A DNA stretch of 64,000 nt from a virus: positions 1 through 64,000 of the IMG/VR virus record IMGVR_UViG_3300034101_005931; one strand, written 5' to 3'. A program made the translations under genes and the position numbers. The first letter of the stretch is position 1, and every line of letters starts with the position of its first letter. Under the pieces are notes generated by a model that ran no database searches, was not told the origin of the DNA, and saw only the letters and a list, made by a program, of their open reading frames with translations. Below are positions 47,268-55,421 of the stretch, in pieces.

Positions 47268-47774
47268 TTATAGGAAAAACCAAACAAGTGCAGCGAAGAT
47301 AGCAGCTGCTCCTGCAGGTATACCGAGGTTATAAGGAGGAGGAGCTAAATTCATAAACTGTAGACCCAATAAGACACCACCTGCTGCAGCAATAACAGCT
47401 GCAATAAGTTTGAGTCTATGATAACGTTTTACAGCATTATTGTATTTTTCCATGAACTTCTGAGCTTCTGCTTGCTGTATAACACCCCATTCTTTTAGAG
47501 CATCTGCGCTTTTCTGTACTTCAGCTGTTCTTGCTTCCGCTTGCTGTAATTTAACTGATACATTAGATAGGTTTATTTTGAGTTTAGCATTTTCACTTTT
47601 TGCAGCTTTTAACTCAGCAGCTATACCTCTAACAAGCTCTCTTCCCTCGCTTATTGTTGGTTTAGGGATGGCTACCGGTGTAGGCTTTGGCTTTGGATCT
47701 TTTTTTCCAAAAGGCCATGCCATGGCACCTGATGTGATAGATAATAAAATTAAAATAGTTAAGTACTTTTTCAT
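47268..47774 (-). CDS. Exported coiled-coil membrane protein (spanin candidate)
   Basis: Signal peptide ending AMA, Pro-rich linker, coiled coil, two C-terminal TM segments. Confidence 0.5.
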   Translation of the reverse strand: MKKYLTILILLSITSGAMAWPFGKKDPKPKPTPVAIPKPTISEGRELVRGIAAELKAAKSENAKLKINLSNVSVKLQQAEARTAEVQKSADALKEWGVIQQAEAQKFMEKYNNAVKRYHRLKLIAAVIAAAGGVLLGLQFMNLAPPPYNLGIPAGAAAIFAALVWFFL

Positions 47775-47775
47775 A

Positions 47776-48048
47776 TTAGTTAGATTCGATTATGTTTTTA
47801 TTTGCTGATACTGTAGCTCCTTTCTCAATTTGAGCTAACAGTACATCAAGTCTTTCAGCTAGTGTTAATGCTTTATCGATCTTATAAGCAACTGCAGTAT
47901 TTTGTTCGCCTGCTTCTTTCAAATCAGTTTTAGCATCAGTAAGAGATTGAATAACCTGTGCTGTTGAGACTGATGGTGGTGGTGCGATTTGTTTAGTGGC
48001 ACAACCTGTAACAAATAGCAGACTAGCTACAATAAAATAATGTTTCAT
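47776..48048 (-). CDS. Lipoprotein (spanin candidate)
   Basis: LFVTG-C lipobox, Pro linker, coiled coil. Confidence 0.6.
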   Translation of the reverse strand: MKHYFIVASLLFVTGCATKQIAPPPSVSTAQVIQSLTDAKTDLKEAGEQNTAVAYKIDKALTLAERLDVLLAQIEKGATVSANKNIIESN

Positions 48049-48057
48049 TATTTGTAT

Positions 48058-48216
48058 TTATGAAAGCCGTGGTTGATTTCCACCTGTAGCAGCAGGAAGC
48101 ATAGCTGTATTTGGCATCGATGCAGAGTCCTTTCTTACAGGCGTGAGTGTGCCCAAAATTTCTTGTTTGCGCTTTTTTCTCTTAAGTTTTTTTAAATACT
48201 CTTTGAAAGACTGCAT
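48058..48216 (-). CDS. Small basic protein (52 aa) with head-targeting-like N-terminus
   Basis: MQSFKEYLKKLKRKKRK...; TAATG coupling to rpsU. Confidence 0.6.
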   Translation of the reverse strand: MQSFKEYLKKLKRKKRKQEILGTLTPVRKDSASMPNTAMLPAATGGNQPRLS

Positions 48217-48395
48217 TATAGATACTTAGATTTTTTATGAAGAGATCTTAGCTTTCTTTTGCGTTTTAGTTGAGAATTTTCAAAAGTACGTCTTCTATAA
48301 ACTTCTTCCATTGTTCCTTCAGTAAACAAGCGCGATTTGAGTCTCTTTAAAGTGTTGTCAATTGGTTCGTTATCTCGAACTCTTATTTCTATCAT
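48216..48395 (-). CDS. rpsU: Phage-encoded ribosomal protein bS21 (59 aa)
   Basis: MIEIRVRDNEPIDNTLKRLKSRLFTEGTMEEVYRRRTFENSQLKRKRKLRSLHKKSKYL; below ORF-track cutoff. Confidence 0.85.
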   Translation of the reverse strand: MIEIRVRDNEPIDNTLKRLKSRLFTEGTMEEVYRRRTFENSQLKRKRKLRSLHKKSKYL

Positions 48396-48415
48396 AGATT
48401 ATATACTTATACTTT

Positions 48416-48517
48416 TTAAGAATTCTTTTTATCATCTGTAAAGACAATAGAGAAGATAAAGAGACTGATAAACGTCGCGAATAAAGCAGTTAGTAATGCT
48501 GTAATTACTTTTATCAT
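48416..48517 (-). CDS. Small single-TM peptide (33 aa)
   Basis: MIKVITALLTALFATFISLFIFSIVFTDDKKNS directly 3' of the large RNA. Confidence 0.5.
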   Translation of the reverse strand: MIKVITALLTALFATFISLFIFSIVFTDDKKNS

Positions 48518-48524
48518 AGGAAAA

Positions 48525-49105
48525 TTGGGTGTTTTATCGCAAATTGGACCATATCAGTTGCGTCTAACATGGCATCTAACTGACGGATATGCCCATTTAA
48601 GGGTTACATATAACGCATTTGTCAGTTATCAGAACACCTAACCTGTTGTAGTCTGAGTTTTTTAGTCACTATCGGACCATGGCTTTGTTCTTACTCAGCA
48701 TAACCATTTCGCTCTATATTTTGGACCTCTGTTGAGGCTTATTCACAGTGGAACCATCTTAGATATCTCTAAGAAAGGAGGTAGAGTTGCATACCTTGTG
48801 TTAAGGTGATACGTTTTTATCGGGACGTCAAACACCATACCTTACCCGCATGTAGAAGCCAGGGCAAGTCACCCCTGCTTAGCCTAGATACCGACTCAAC
48901 CCTCTCTAGGACTTCTTATATAGATCAGAGCTTATGACGCTGTTATTCTGATCTATGTCTTACAGATCCATCCTCATTTAATGCCGGTGCATGACTATGA
49001 TGCGTTGGCCCGGATGGACTGCAGTTATTATTGAGCTAGGATTTGCCTTCCTTTGAGAGACTTATTTTAACGCATCGTCTTACTCAGTCTCAGCTCAAAA
49101 GGTTG
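48525..49105 (-). ncRNA. Unidentified large structured RNA (~580 nt)
   Basis: No ORF of 60 aa or more in any frame; more than 10 inverted-repeat stems; upstream promoters and boxA-like motif on minus strand. Confidence 0.78.
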
Positions 49106-49110
49106 TTAAT

Positions 49111-49169
49111 TTTTCAAAGATCGTTTTTGATTATTTATAAAGTATATATTCTTTCTTAAGGAACTGCAA
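49111..49169 (-). promoter_or_regulatory. Promoters and boxA-like element for the large RNA
   Basis: Minus strand: TTGCAG-N17-TATACT, then TATAAATA, then GATCTTTGAAAA. Confidence 0.65.
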
Positions 49170-49335
49170 TATTATTTTCTAGGAACGTAACTTTATAGTT
49201 TTGCTCTTCTTTCGGATAACAGTTGCGATATTTTTTAATATATGCTATAACTTCTTCCCATGTATTAAAAGGCGATAACATGACATCATACCAATAACCA
49301 GTAGAGGCAATCATTCTTTCAATTTTATACATGTT

Positions 49336-49644
49336 TTACAGTTCAATTGCGTTTTCGTTTTCAAACATGTCACGTTTAAAGTAGTAATCCTCTATTTGCT
49401 GCTCTGTGTAATCGATTTCACGCTCAATATCATCACGAGCATTATCAACAGCTTCACAAATAGGCTCTAAGGTATGACAAATAAACTTAAAATTAGTAAA
49501 ATCACAAGCCCACGATACTTGTTCTTCAATTTTTGTACAGACCTCAAGCGCTTGTTTTAATTCTTTAATTTTTTTATTAGCCTGTATGAGATGGCAAGGA
49601 TCATTATTCGAGGTCATCGTCTTCTTGGATACTGCCGGGTTCAT
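49336..49644 (-). CDS. Hypothetical coiled-coil protein
   Basis: ORF overlapping its upstream neighbour. Confidence 0.55.
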   Translation of the reverse strand: MNPAVSKKTMTSNNDPCHLIQANKKIKELKQALEVCTKIEEQVSWACDFTNFKFICHTLEPICEAVDNARDDIEREIDYTEQQIEDYYFKRDMFENENAIEL

Positions 49645-49828
49645 ATACGTAGGTAATACCGGTACGCTTTAGACCTTCTATCCGATCATAAAGACCCATC
49701 GCGACATCCCGGTCTTCACGCATTAAATGTATTAAACATTCTTTAGCGCGCTCTGTAATACCAGGACCAGAACTTTCAGTTGTTTCAATAATATACTGCT
49801 TTACGATTTCTACTGCTGTTTTATTCAT
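49604..49828 (-). CDS. Hypothetical protein
   Basis: ORF in minus-strand run of small genes. Confidence 0.6.
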   Translation of the reverse strand: MNKTAVEIVKQYIIETTESSGPGITERAKECLIHLMREDRDVAMGLYDRIEGLKRTGITYVYEPGSIQEDDDLE

Positions 49829-50108
49829 ATTAATTTTTAATAAAGCTAATAATAAGGCTAGCTACACCAAACCAAAAAACAACTGTTATAAGTGAGATAA
49901 CAAGCCATGCTGCAAACCGAATAACTCTATCTTTTGTTGACATAAATCTATAATATATTATTCTGCAAGAACGTCAAGCATTTCCTGCTCGAGCTCACGC
50001 TCTGTTTTCAGCCTGTATTGCCCAGGTCTTACTTCTTTTACAATTCCTTCAGCAATCATGTATTGCAATGTCTGCTGAACCGCTTCCCTTTTTTCTTGTT
50101 GTGTCATA

Positions 50109-50291
50109 TTAAAGCTTATGTGCTACGTAGCGATCAATTTGCTTAAAACACAGCAATTGATCAACCCACGTGCATTCTGTAAACCATACAATATTGTACC
50201 CTAATAGGGTCGGTGTATGTTTTTGCCTAGGCAAAACATTCTCTAGCCAAATAATTATTGATTCGATAACGAACAATAAGAAGTTTTTCAT
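50109..50291 (-). CDS. Hypothetical protein
   Basis: Follows TTGACG..TATACT promoter-like sequence. Confidence 0.5.
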   Translation of the reverse strand: MKNFLLFVIESIIIWLENVLPRQKHTPTLLGYNIVWFTECTWVDQLLCFKQIDRYVAHKL

Positions 50292-50331
50292 ATTACTCTT
50301 TTAGTATATAGTATTTGAAAGGAACGTCAAG

Positions 50332-51561
50332 TTAACAAAATCCCATTCGCTTTTCTTGGACTAATTCCTTCGACAAAATAACGTCGTCTGAATCAGTATT
50401 GAATATCTCGGCCAAAGTCATTGGCTCAGTTGCTTTGTATTTGATTTTATTAGCGTCGAGTATTTTCTGACAATGTTCAATAGGGAGTTTATCGAATTTA
50501 TACTCACCTTTAATTCGACCTTTGCGTAGTAAGGCCTTATCAATATCTTGTCTCGGGCTATTATAAGTAGCGATAATAGAAATATTGAATACATTACCCA
50601 TAATACCATCAGTTAAATTTAAAATTGACGAAACCAATGAAGATGATGACCCTCCATCACGAGCTAATAACGCTTTTTCTGCATCTTCAATTACAAGAAT
50701 GCTGTGTTTCTTTTTAAGAAGAATAGGTAAGAAAGAAGGATCACTTAATGCTTCAATTAATGCGACAGGTAGATAAATTAGATCTCTGTCTGTTTGCGAG
50801 GCGAGATATTTAATATATGTTGTTTTACCTGTACCAGGTTCACCGTGTAGAAGATAAAGCCCAGCTTCATTGAGTTTGAGACTTTCAATCATCCTATCAT
50901 GAAAGTGTTTAAAGTTTTCAGGGTAATAATCATCTACTGAAAACCCTTCTGGCACCTCTGTCTCAAATGGCTCAAAACGAACACCACCGTGGTCATCCCT
51001 AAATATGGCGTAGATAGTATTTTCTAGTTGCTCTTCAAATAAGAAAGTCTCGAAATCACTTAAAGGGGGTACTGTACCTGGCTTAAAGTAAATATCAATA
51101 GTATAAAGCTTTGGCTTTTTATCCTGTTTTTTGGAGCGTTTACGTGATGACTCGCAATCGAATCTAATGATACTTTCCTTGTAGAGGAAGCCTCCCTTGT
51201 AGTCACTGTTATCTTCTTCAAAGAAGTCAATATCATATGGATCGTAGATTGTTGTACCGGATTTTTTATTAGGTATAGTTGTTACTTCGGAGATAACTTT
51301 TCCATTTTTGCGAAGAAAATTAATTAACTCCTCTGTAAATGTTTTTCTAACATGAATAACACTCGGAATACATTTAAACAGATCGTTGAAAATGATCGCT
51401 GTTGGTACAAGATCAGGTGTATGCGAAGGCTCATAATACTCTCTGCCTGGGGTTGTAATAAAAACATCACCTTGACCGAAATTTTGCGGTATAGGTAATT
51501 TACTCATACTGGGATTCAATAATTTCTTTTTCTTTCCAGATTTTTCTTGTGATGACTTCAT
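50332..51561 (-). CDS. AAA+ ATPase (BCS1-like; true start probably 51507)
   Basis: GEPGTGKT, LVIEDAE, ILNLTDG, IDKALLRKGR. Confidence 0.9.
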   Translation of the reverse strand: MKSSQEKSGKKKKLLNPSMSKLPIPQNFGQGDVFITTPGREYYEPSHTPDLVPTAIIFNDLFKCIPSVIHVRKTFTEELINFLRKNGKVISEVTTIPNKKSGTTIYDPYDIDFFEEDNSDYKGGFLYKESIIRFDCESSRKRSKKQDKKPKLYTIDIYFKPGTVPPLSDFETFLFEEQLENTIYAIFRDDHGGVRFEPFETEVPEGFSVDDYYPENFKHFHDRMIESLKLNEAGLYLLHGEPGTGKTTYIKYLASQTDRDLIYLPVALIEALSDPSFLPILLKKKHSILVIEDAEKALLARDGGSSSSLVSSILNLTDGIMGNVFNISIIATYNSPRQDIDKALLRKGRIKGEYKFDKLPIEHCQKILDANKIKYKATEPMTLAEIFNTDSDDVILSKELVQEKRMGFC

Positions 51562-51715
51562 GTTCGTTTTCTAATTCTGCAAGTTTTTGATTATAAAATT
51601 CTACAGATAATTTATCGATAGCACTTAATAAAAGCTCTCCATATTTTATAGACTCGTTGTGAATTTTATCAAGTTGCTTATTTAACCATACTAACGTATC
51701 TATGTGTAGGTTCAT
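51500..51715 (-). CDS. Hypothetical protein
   Basis: Helical ORF upstream of the AAA gene. Confidence 0.55.
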   Translation of the reverse strand: MNLHIDTLVWLNKQLDKIHNESIKYGELLLSAIDKLSVEFYNQKLAELENEHEVITRKIWKEKEIIESQYE

Positions 51716-51751
51716 TGTCTGGATAGTAATGTGATATTTTTAAAATGCAAG

Positions 51752-51823
51752 CATCCTCGACGGGATTCGAACCCGTGATAGCTCCGTGAAAGGGAGCTGT
51801 GATAACCGCTTCACTACGAGGAC
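51752..51823 (-). tRNA. tRNA-Glu(UUC)
   Basis: GCTCC-CT-TTC-AC-GGAGC on minus strand. Confidence 0.95.
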
Positions 51824-52009
51824 ATATAAATTATTTAACTTCTGATACTTTTAAAATTCTAAATTTGACTTTAAGACCATGCTCTTGATATGATTTAACC
51901 TCTCTTCTTGCATCTTCAAGAGAGCTATAATCTGTAAAAGTGTGACGTATCCATCTTTTACAGCCTGGTTGGTAATATTCTATAATGTAATGTGTCATAA
52001 TATCATTTA

Positions 52010-52084
52010 TGGTACCTCGAGTAGGAATCGAACCTACATTAAGGGTTTAGAAGACCCCTGTCCTATCCGTTGAACGATCGAGGC
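52010..52084 (-). tRNA. tRNA-Arg(UCU)
   Basis: GGGGT-CT-TCT-AA-ACCCT; CCA. Confidence 0.95.
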
Positions 52085-52085
52085 A

Positions 52086-52499
52086 TTAATTTTTTTCCCA
52101 AAGACCGTTAGCTAAGTACTTAACCTTTTGTATATAGTTATAGTTTGAGGGTGCACCCGCTGACCAGTCTTCAGGTCCTAGTAAGCATAATATAAGTATA
52201 TTCTTTTCTGTATTTTGTGCAAGCCAATAAACATTGTCGGGAACTAATTCAAAATTGTATTCGGCTGAATAAATTTTTTGTGTAAGCTCAATTCTTTCTT
52301 TAATTTGTAGCGCTTGTTGTTGGATAACATCTGCAATTTGTTTTAAGTTATCAAATTCATGCTGTGCTTGTTTTATGGCTAAATTATACTGTTGATCCTT
52401 TTTATCCTTTACCTCGATTAAATCGAACTTCGGTGCACCGCGATCTAATGCATAAAGAGCGCTAGCTTTTTTATAAGGATCGAATTCGGTTATTTGCAT
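52086..52499 (-). CDS. DUF2452-like protein
   Basis: Coiled coil then IYSAEYNF...YWL...LLGPEDW. Confidence 0.65.
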   Translation of the reverse strand: MQITEFDPYKKASALYALDRGAPKFDLIEVKDKKDQQYNLAIKQAQHEFDNLKQIADVIQQQALQIKERIELTQKIYSAEYNFELVPDNVYWLAQNTEKNILILCLLGPEDWSAGAPSNYNYIQKVKYLANGLWEKN

Positions 52500-52503
52500 A
52501 TGA

Positions 52504-52578
52504 TGGCTCCTAGGGCTGGATTCGAACCAGCAACCGATCGGTTAACAGCCGATTGCTCTACCGTTGAGCTACCTAGGA
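52504..52578 (-). tRNA. tRNA-Asn(GUU)
   Basis: ATCGG-CT-GTT-AA-CCGAT; G73, CCA. Confidence 0.95.
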
Positions 52579-52588
52579 TTTTAAAATG

Positions 52589-52661
52589 TGGCCCCGGTAG
52601 GATTCGAACCTACAACCAAGCGATTATGAGCCGCACGCTCTAACCATTGAGCTACAAGGCC
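52589..52661 (-). tRNA. tRNA(CAU), probably Ile2 (lysidine type), possibly elongator Met
   Basis: CAT anticodon; GGCC/GGCC acceptor resembling bacterial Ile2. Confidence 0.85.
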
Positions 52662-52699
52662 TTTATATGTAGATAAGTATATATGAATGTTTTTTATAT

Positions 52700-54151
52700 T
52701 CAAGAAAATATTTTAACACCATACATTTTTTCCCACTCACCTACATCGTTTAAATCATTAATAATTGGTTGGCCCTTTATATTTAGACTGGTGTTCAGTA
52801 ACATAGGACAACCTGTTTTGTTGTACCATTTTTCTAATAAATCTCTCAGCAAAGAACCGTCTTTTCCAACAGTCTGAACTCTACTTGAATAATCGTAATG
52901 TACAATAGCGGGATACAAATGCGGCTGCAAGCACTGATATGTAAATTGCATATAGGGTGAATTTCTTTCTTTAGGGATTGTAAAATAATTACTAGCATGC
53001 TCTTCTAATATAACAGGTGCAAAAGGTCTAAATTTTTCTCTATGCTTTATGTCGTTTACTCGATCCTTTGTACTATTACCTCTTGGGTCTGCAATTAAGC
53101 TTCTATTACCTAATGAGCGAGGGCCGAATTCTGCTTTACCGCGCGCTATACCACATACCCCATAATTTAAAAGATGATTAACTATTATATCATTTGATAT
53201 TGTTTCTACTATATTATGACCTAAAAACGGCCCGGGCCAGTGAATATGTTCCTTATGGTGTGCAAGAAACGAACCAATCGCTGATCCGCTATCACCCGGT
53301 GCTGGTATAATCCAAACATTTTTAAAATAATTATAAGCCAGGTTATTAGCTACACAATTGAGAGCACAGCCTCCTACTAATACTAAATTTTTACTATTTG
53401 TAAGCTCAGTACATTTTTTTAAAATACAATTAAAAAGCTTTTGATAAACATGTTGTGTTGCGGCCGCAATATCATATATATCTTGTTGTGTTGTTAAATC
53501 GGGCCTCCACTGCAAACACCCACGATGCAGATTTTTTTTAATAGATATATTTTTTAAATCAATAAAGTCTGTTATAATATCTTTCGTTAAACGCTTAGGA
53601 TTACCCAAAGCGCTCATTCCCATTAAAATATATTCTTCTTCATTTGGCTTGAGACCGCACCGTTGTGTCATTGCTGAGTACCAAAGACCAATGCTATTTG
53701 GGTATCTTAAGCTATACACCTTTTTAAGATCTTTATGATGAGCTCTCCATATCGAAAGTGTTTCAAATTCACCAATTGCATCGATAACTAAAATACATGC
53801 GTCATCAAAATGTGAGGTAAAATAACCAGCTGATGCGTGACACAAGTGATGGTTTGATGTTTTTATATTACATTTAATATCGTATTTGTTTAAGTACTGT
53901 TTTACTGAAAAATATTTTAAATATTGTCCAGAATATATTTGACGAATAAACTTTAACAAAGGATATTCATACCAATACGCTGTACTAGGCATGCCGTATG
54001 ATAGTGCTTCATGCACTAAATGTATATTTAAATCAGGGTCATTTTTTATCTTACTATATCTTTCAGACTCTGATGCAAAAACTAGCTCTTTGTTTTTAAA
54101 GACCGCTAGAGCTGCATTATGGCTACCAGCTGATATGCCCCATTCGATCAT
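52700..54151 (-). CDS. Carbamoyltransferase (NodU/CmcH family)
   Basis: ESERYSKIK, HHLCHA, DAIGE, GGCALNCVAN, EFGPRSLGNRS, REKFRPFAP, LLNTSLN. Confidence 0.93.
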   Translation of the reverse strand: MIEWGISAGSHNAALAVFKNKELVFASESERYSKIKNDPDLNIHLVHEALSYGMPSTAYWYEYPLLKFIRQIYSGQYLKYFSVKQYLNKYDIKCNIKTSNHHLCHASAGYFTSHFDDACILVIDAIGEFETLSIWRAHHKDLKKVYSLRYPNSIGLWYSAMTQRCGLKPNEEEYILMGMSALGNPKRLTKDIITDFIDLKNISIKKNLHRGCLQWRPDLTTQQDIYDIAAATQHVYQKLFNCILKKCTELTNSKNLVLVGGCALNCVANNLAYNYFKNVWIIPAPGDSGSAIGSFLAHHKEHIHWPGPFLGHNIVETISNDIIVNHLLNYGVCGIARGKAEFGPRSLGNRSLIADPRGNSTKDRVNDIKHREKFRPFAPVILEEHASNYFTIPKERNSPYMQFTYQCLQPHLYPAIVHYDYSSRVQTVGKDGSLLRDLLEKWYNKTGCPMLLNTSLNIKGQPIINDLNDVGEWEKMYGVKIFS

Positions 54152-54220
54152 TTGTATATAAAAGGATCAAGCTTACGATAATGTTTCATTCTTCTCTTGT
54201 GTTCGAAGTAATTTACAATT

Positions 54221-54979
54221 TTATTCCAAAGAGTTGAGATTCTTGTCAGCATTTATATATTTAACAAGATTTTTTGCTAGTTCAATATGAGCCTCTTGTA
54301 CAGGGTGACCATAATCATGTAGATCGAATTTAGCAGCAGTGTACCAGAGCTGAAAACACCTTTTACCGTCAAAGTCATAAACCTTCATAGCAGGCATTTT
54401 TTTCTGTAATTCAAAAATATTTTTAGATTTGAGTAATGGTATATGAATTACGTTAAGAGAAAAATGTTTTACTATACACTCAACAGCCAGGGCTATATCA
54501 GCTGTGTTGTCATATTCATGTGCAAAGTGTTTTAAAAAAAGGTCACTGAGAAAGTTTTTTTCGCGTACACTTTTTCCTGACGTACAGCCGTGCCATGCGT
54601 TTGCTATGCTACCAACCTGCACAAAATCAGTATCGTCTTTAATTAACTCGTTTCCCTTTAGAGGATAAAAAAATTCTTTGCGAATATGTGAAGTATAACC
54701 AAAAAGTATTAAGGGGTCAGTAAACCTATCGATATTTTTAATTAACAGTCTCAAGCTTCTTTCATTACTACCACCGCTCATTGCGAAATTGTAGCAAGGT
54801 ACTTTTAATTCGTCTGCAATTAAAGCAGGAAACGCTAGTGGCTTTGTGTAGCTGTCCATTTCTGTGATGGATAGCTTACCGTCTTCAAGCAACTTCTTAT
54901 ATTCTTGCCACTTACCGTCAAGCTCTGTCCCTGACATGAAGCTGTCTCCAAAAGCAACAATACAAGAATATTTTTTCAT
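54221..54979 (-). CDS. SGNH/GDSL-like hydrolase
   Basis: FGDSF, NFAMSGGSN, GHP near C-terminus. Confidence 0.7.
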   Translation of the reverse strand: MKKYSCIVAFGDSFMSGTELDGKWQEYKKLLEDGKLSITEMDSYTKPLAFPALIADELKVPCYNFAMSGGSNERSLRLLIKNIDRFTDPLILFGYTSHIRKEFFYPLKGNELIKDDTDFVQVGSIANAWHGCTSGKSVREKNFLSDLFLKHFAHEYDNTADIALAVECIVKHFSLNVIHIPLLKSKNIFELQKKMPAMKVYDFDGKRCFQLWYTAAKFDLHDYGHPVQEAHIELAKNLVKYINADKNLNSLE

Positions 54980-54984
54980 TTAAA

Positions 54985-55079
54985 TGGTACTCCGGGTGGG
55001 ACTCGAACCCACATTGCGCCCCCGTCGCGGGACTATCAGGTGTATAAGACCTGCGTGTTAACCATTACACTACCGGAGC
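54985..55079 (-). tRNA. tRNA-Ile(UAU) with 24-nt variable arm
   Basis: CAGGT-CT-TAT-AC-ACCTG; variable region ATAGTCCCGCGACGGGGGCGCAAT; A73, CCA. Confidence 0.88.
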
Positions 55080-55345
55080 ATTAAATTATATTTATCAAAA
55101 ATTAATGCAGGAAGATATTTTTGATCTACAATAATTCTAAGTTCATCAATTTGTGTTTGTAGAGTTTTAATCTCTCTAGATTGAAGTACAAATACAACAA
55201 CGAGCATACACAACACAAAGGCATACATAATATCTAAATCAAATTTCATATTAATATTTTTTAGCATCTCGCTTTCCTTTATCATAAGCTTTTCTCGCGG
55301 AAGTTCCAGCTTTATGTGGGCATTTAAAACGCTTATTAAAAGCAT
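55070..55345 (-). CDS. Small TM/coiled-coil protein (true start probably 55249)
   Basis: MKFDLDIMYAFVLCMLVVVFVL...; stop lies inside the tRNA 5' end. Confidence 0.5.
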   Translation of the reverse strand: MLLISVLNAHIKLELPREKLMIKESEMLKNINMKFDLDIMYAFVLCMLVVVFVLQSREIKTLQTQIDELRIIVDQKYLPALIFDKYNLMLR

Positions 55346-55421
55346 TATTGTATCCAGAGGTATAGCACATTATGTAAACCATTTCAGACATACCTAGTTT
55401 TTCCCAATGTTCTTTTCTCAT
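55251..55421 (-). CDS. Rmf/CrpP-like small protein (56 aa)
   Basis: CYTSGYNNA...KCPHKAGTSARKAYDKGKRDA follows the GYxA..CPY..R..W..G..xA pattern; ATGA coupling. Confidence 0.5.
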   Translation of the reverse strand: MRKEHWEKLGMSEMVYIMCYTSGYNNAFNKRFKCPHKAGTSARKAYDKGKRDAKKY

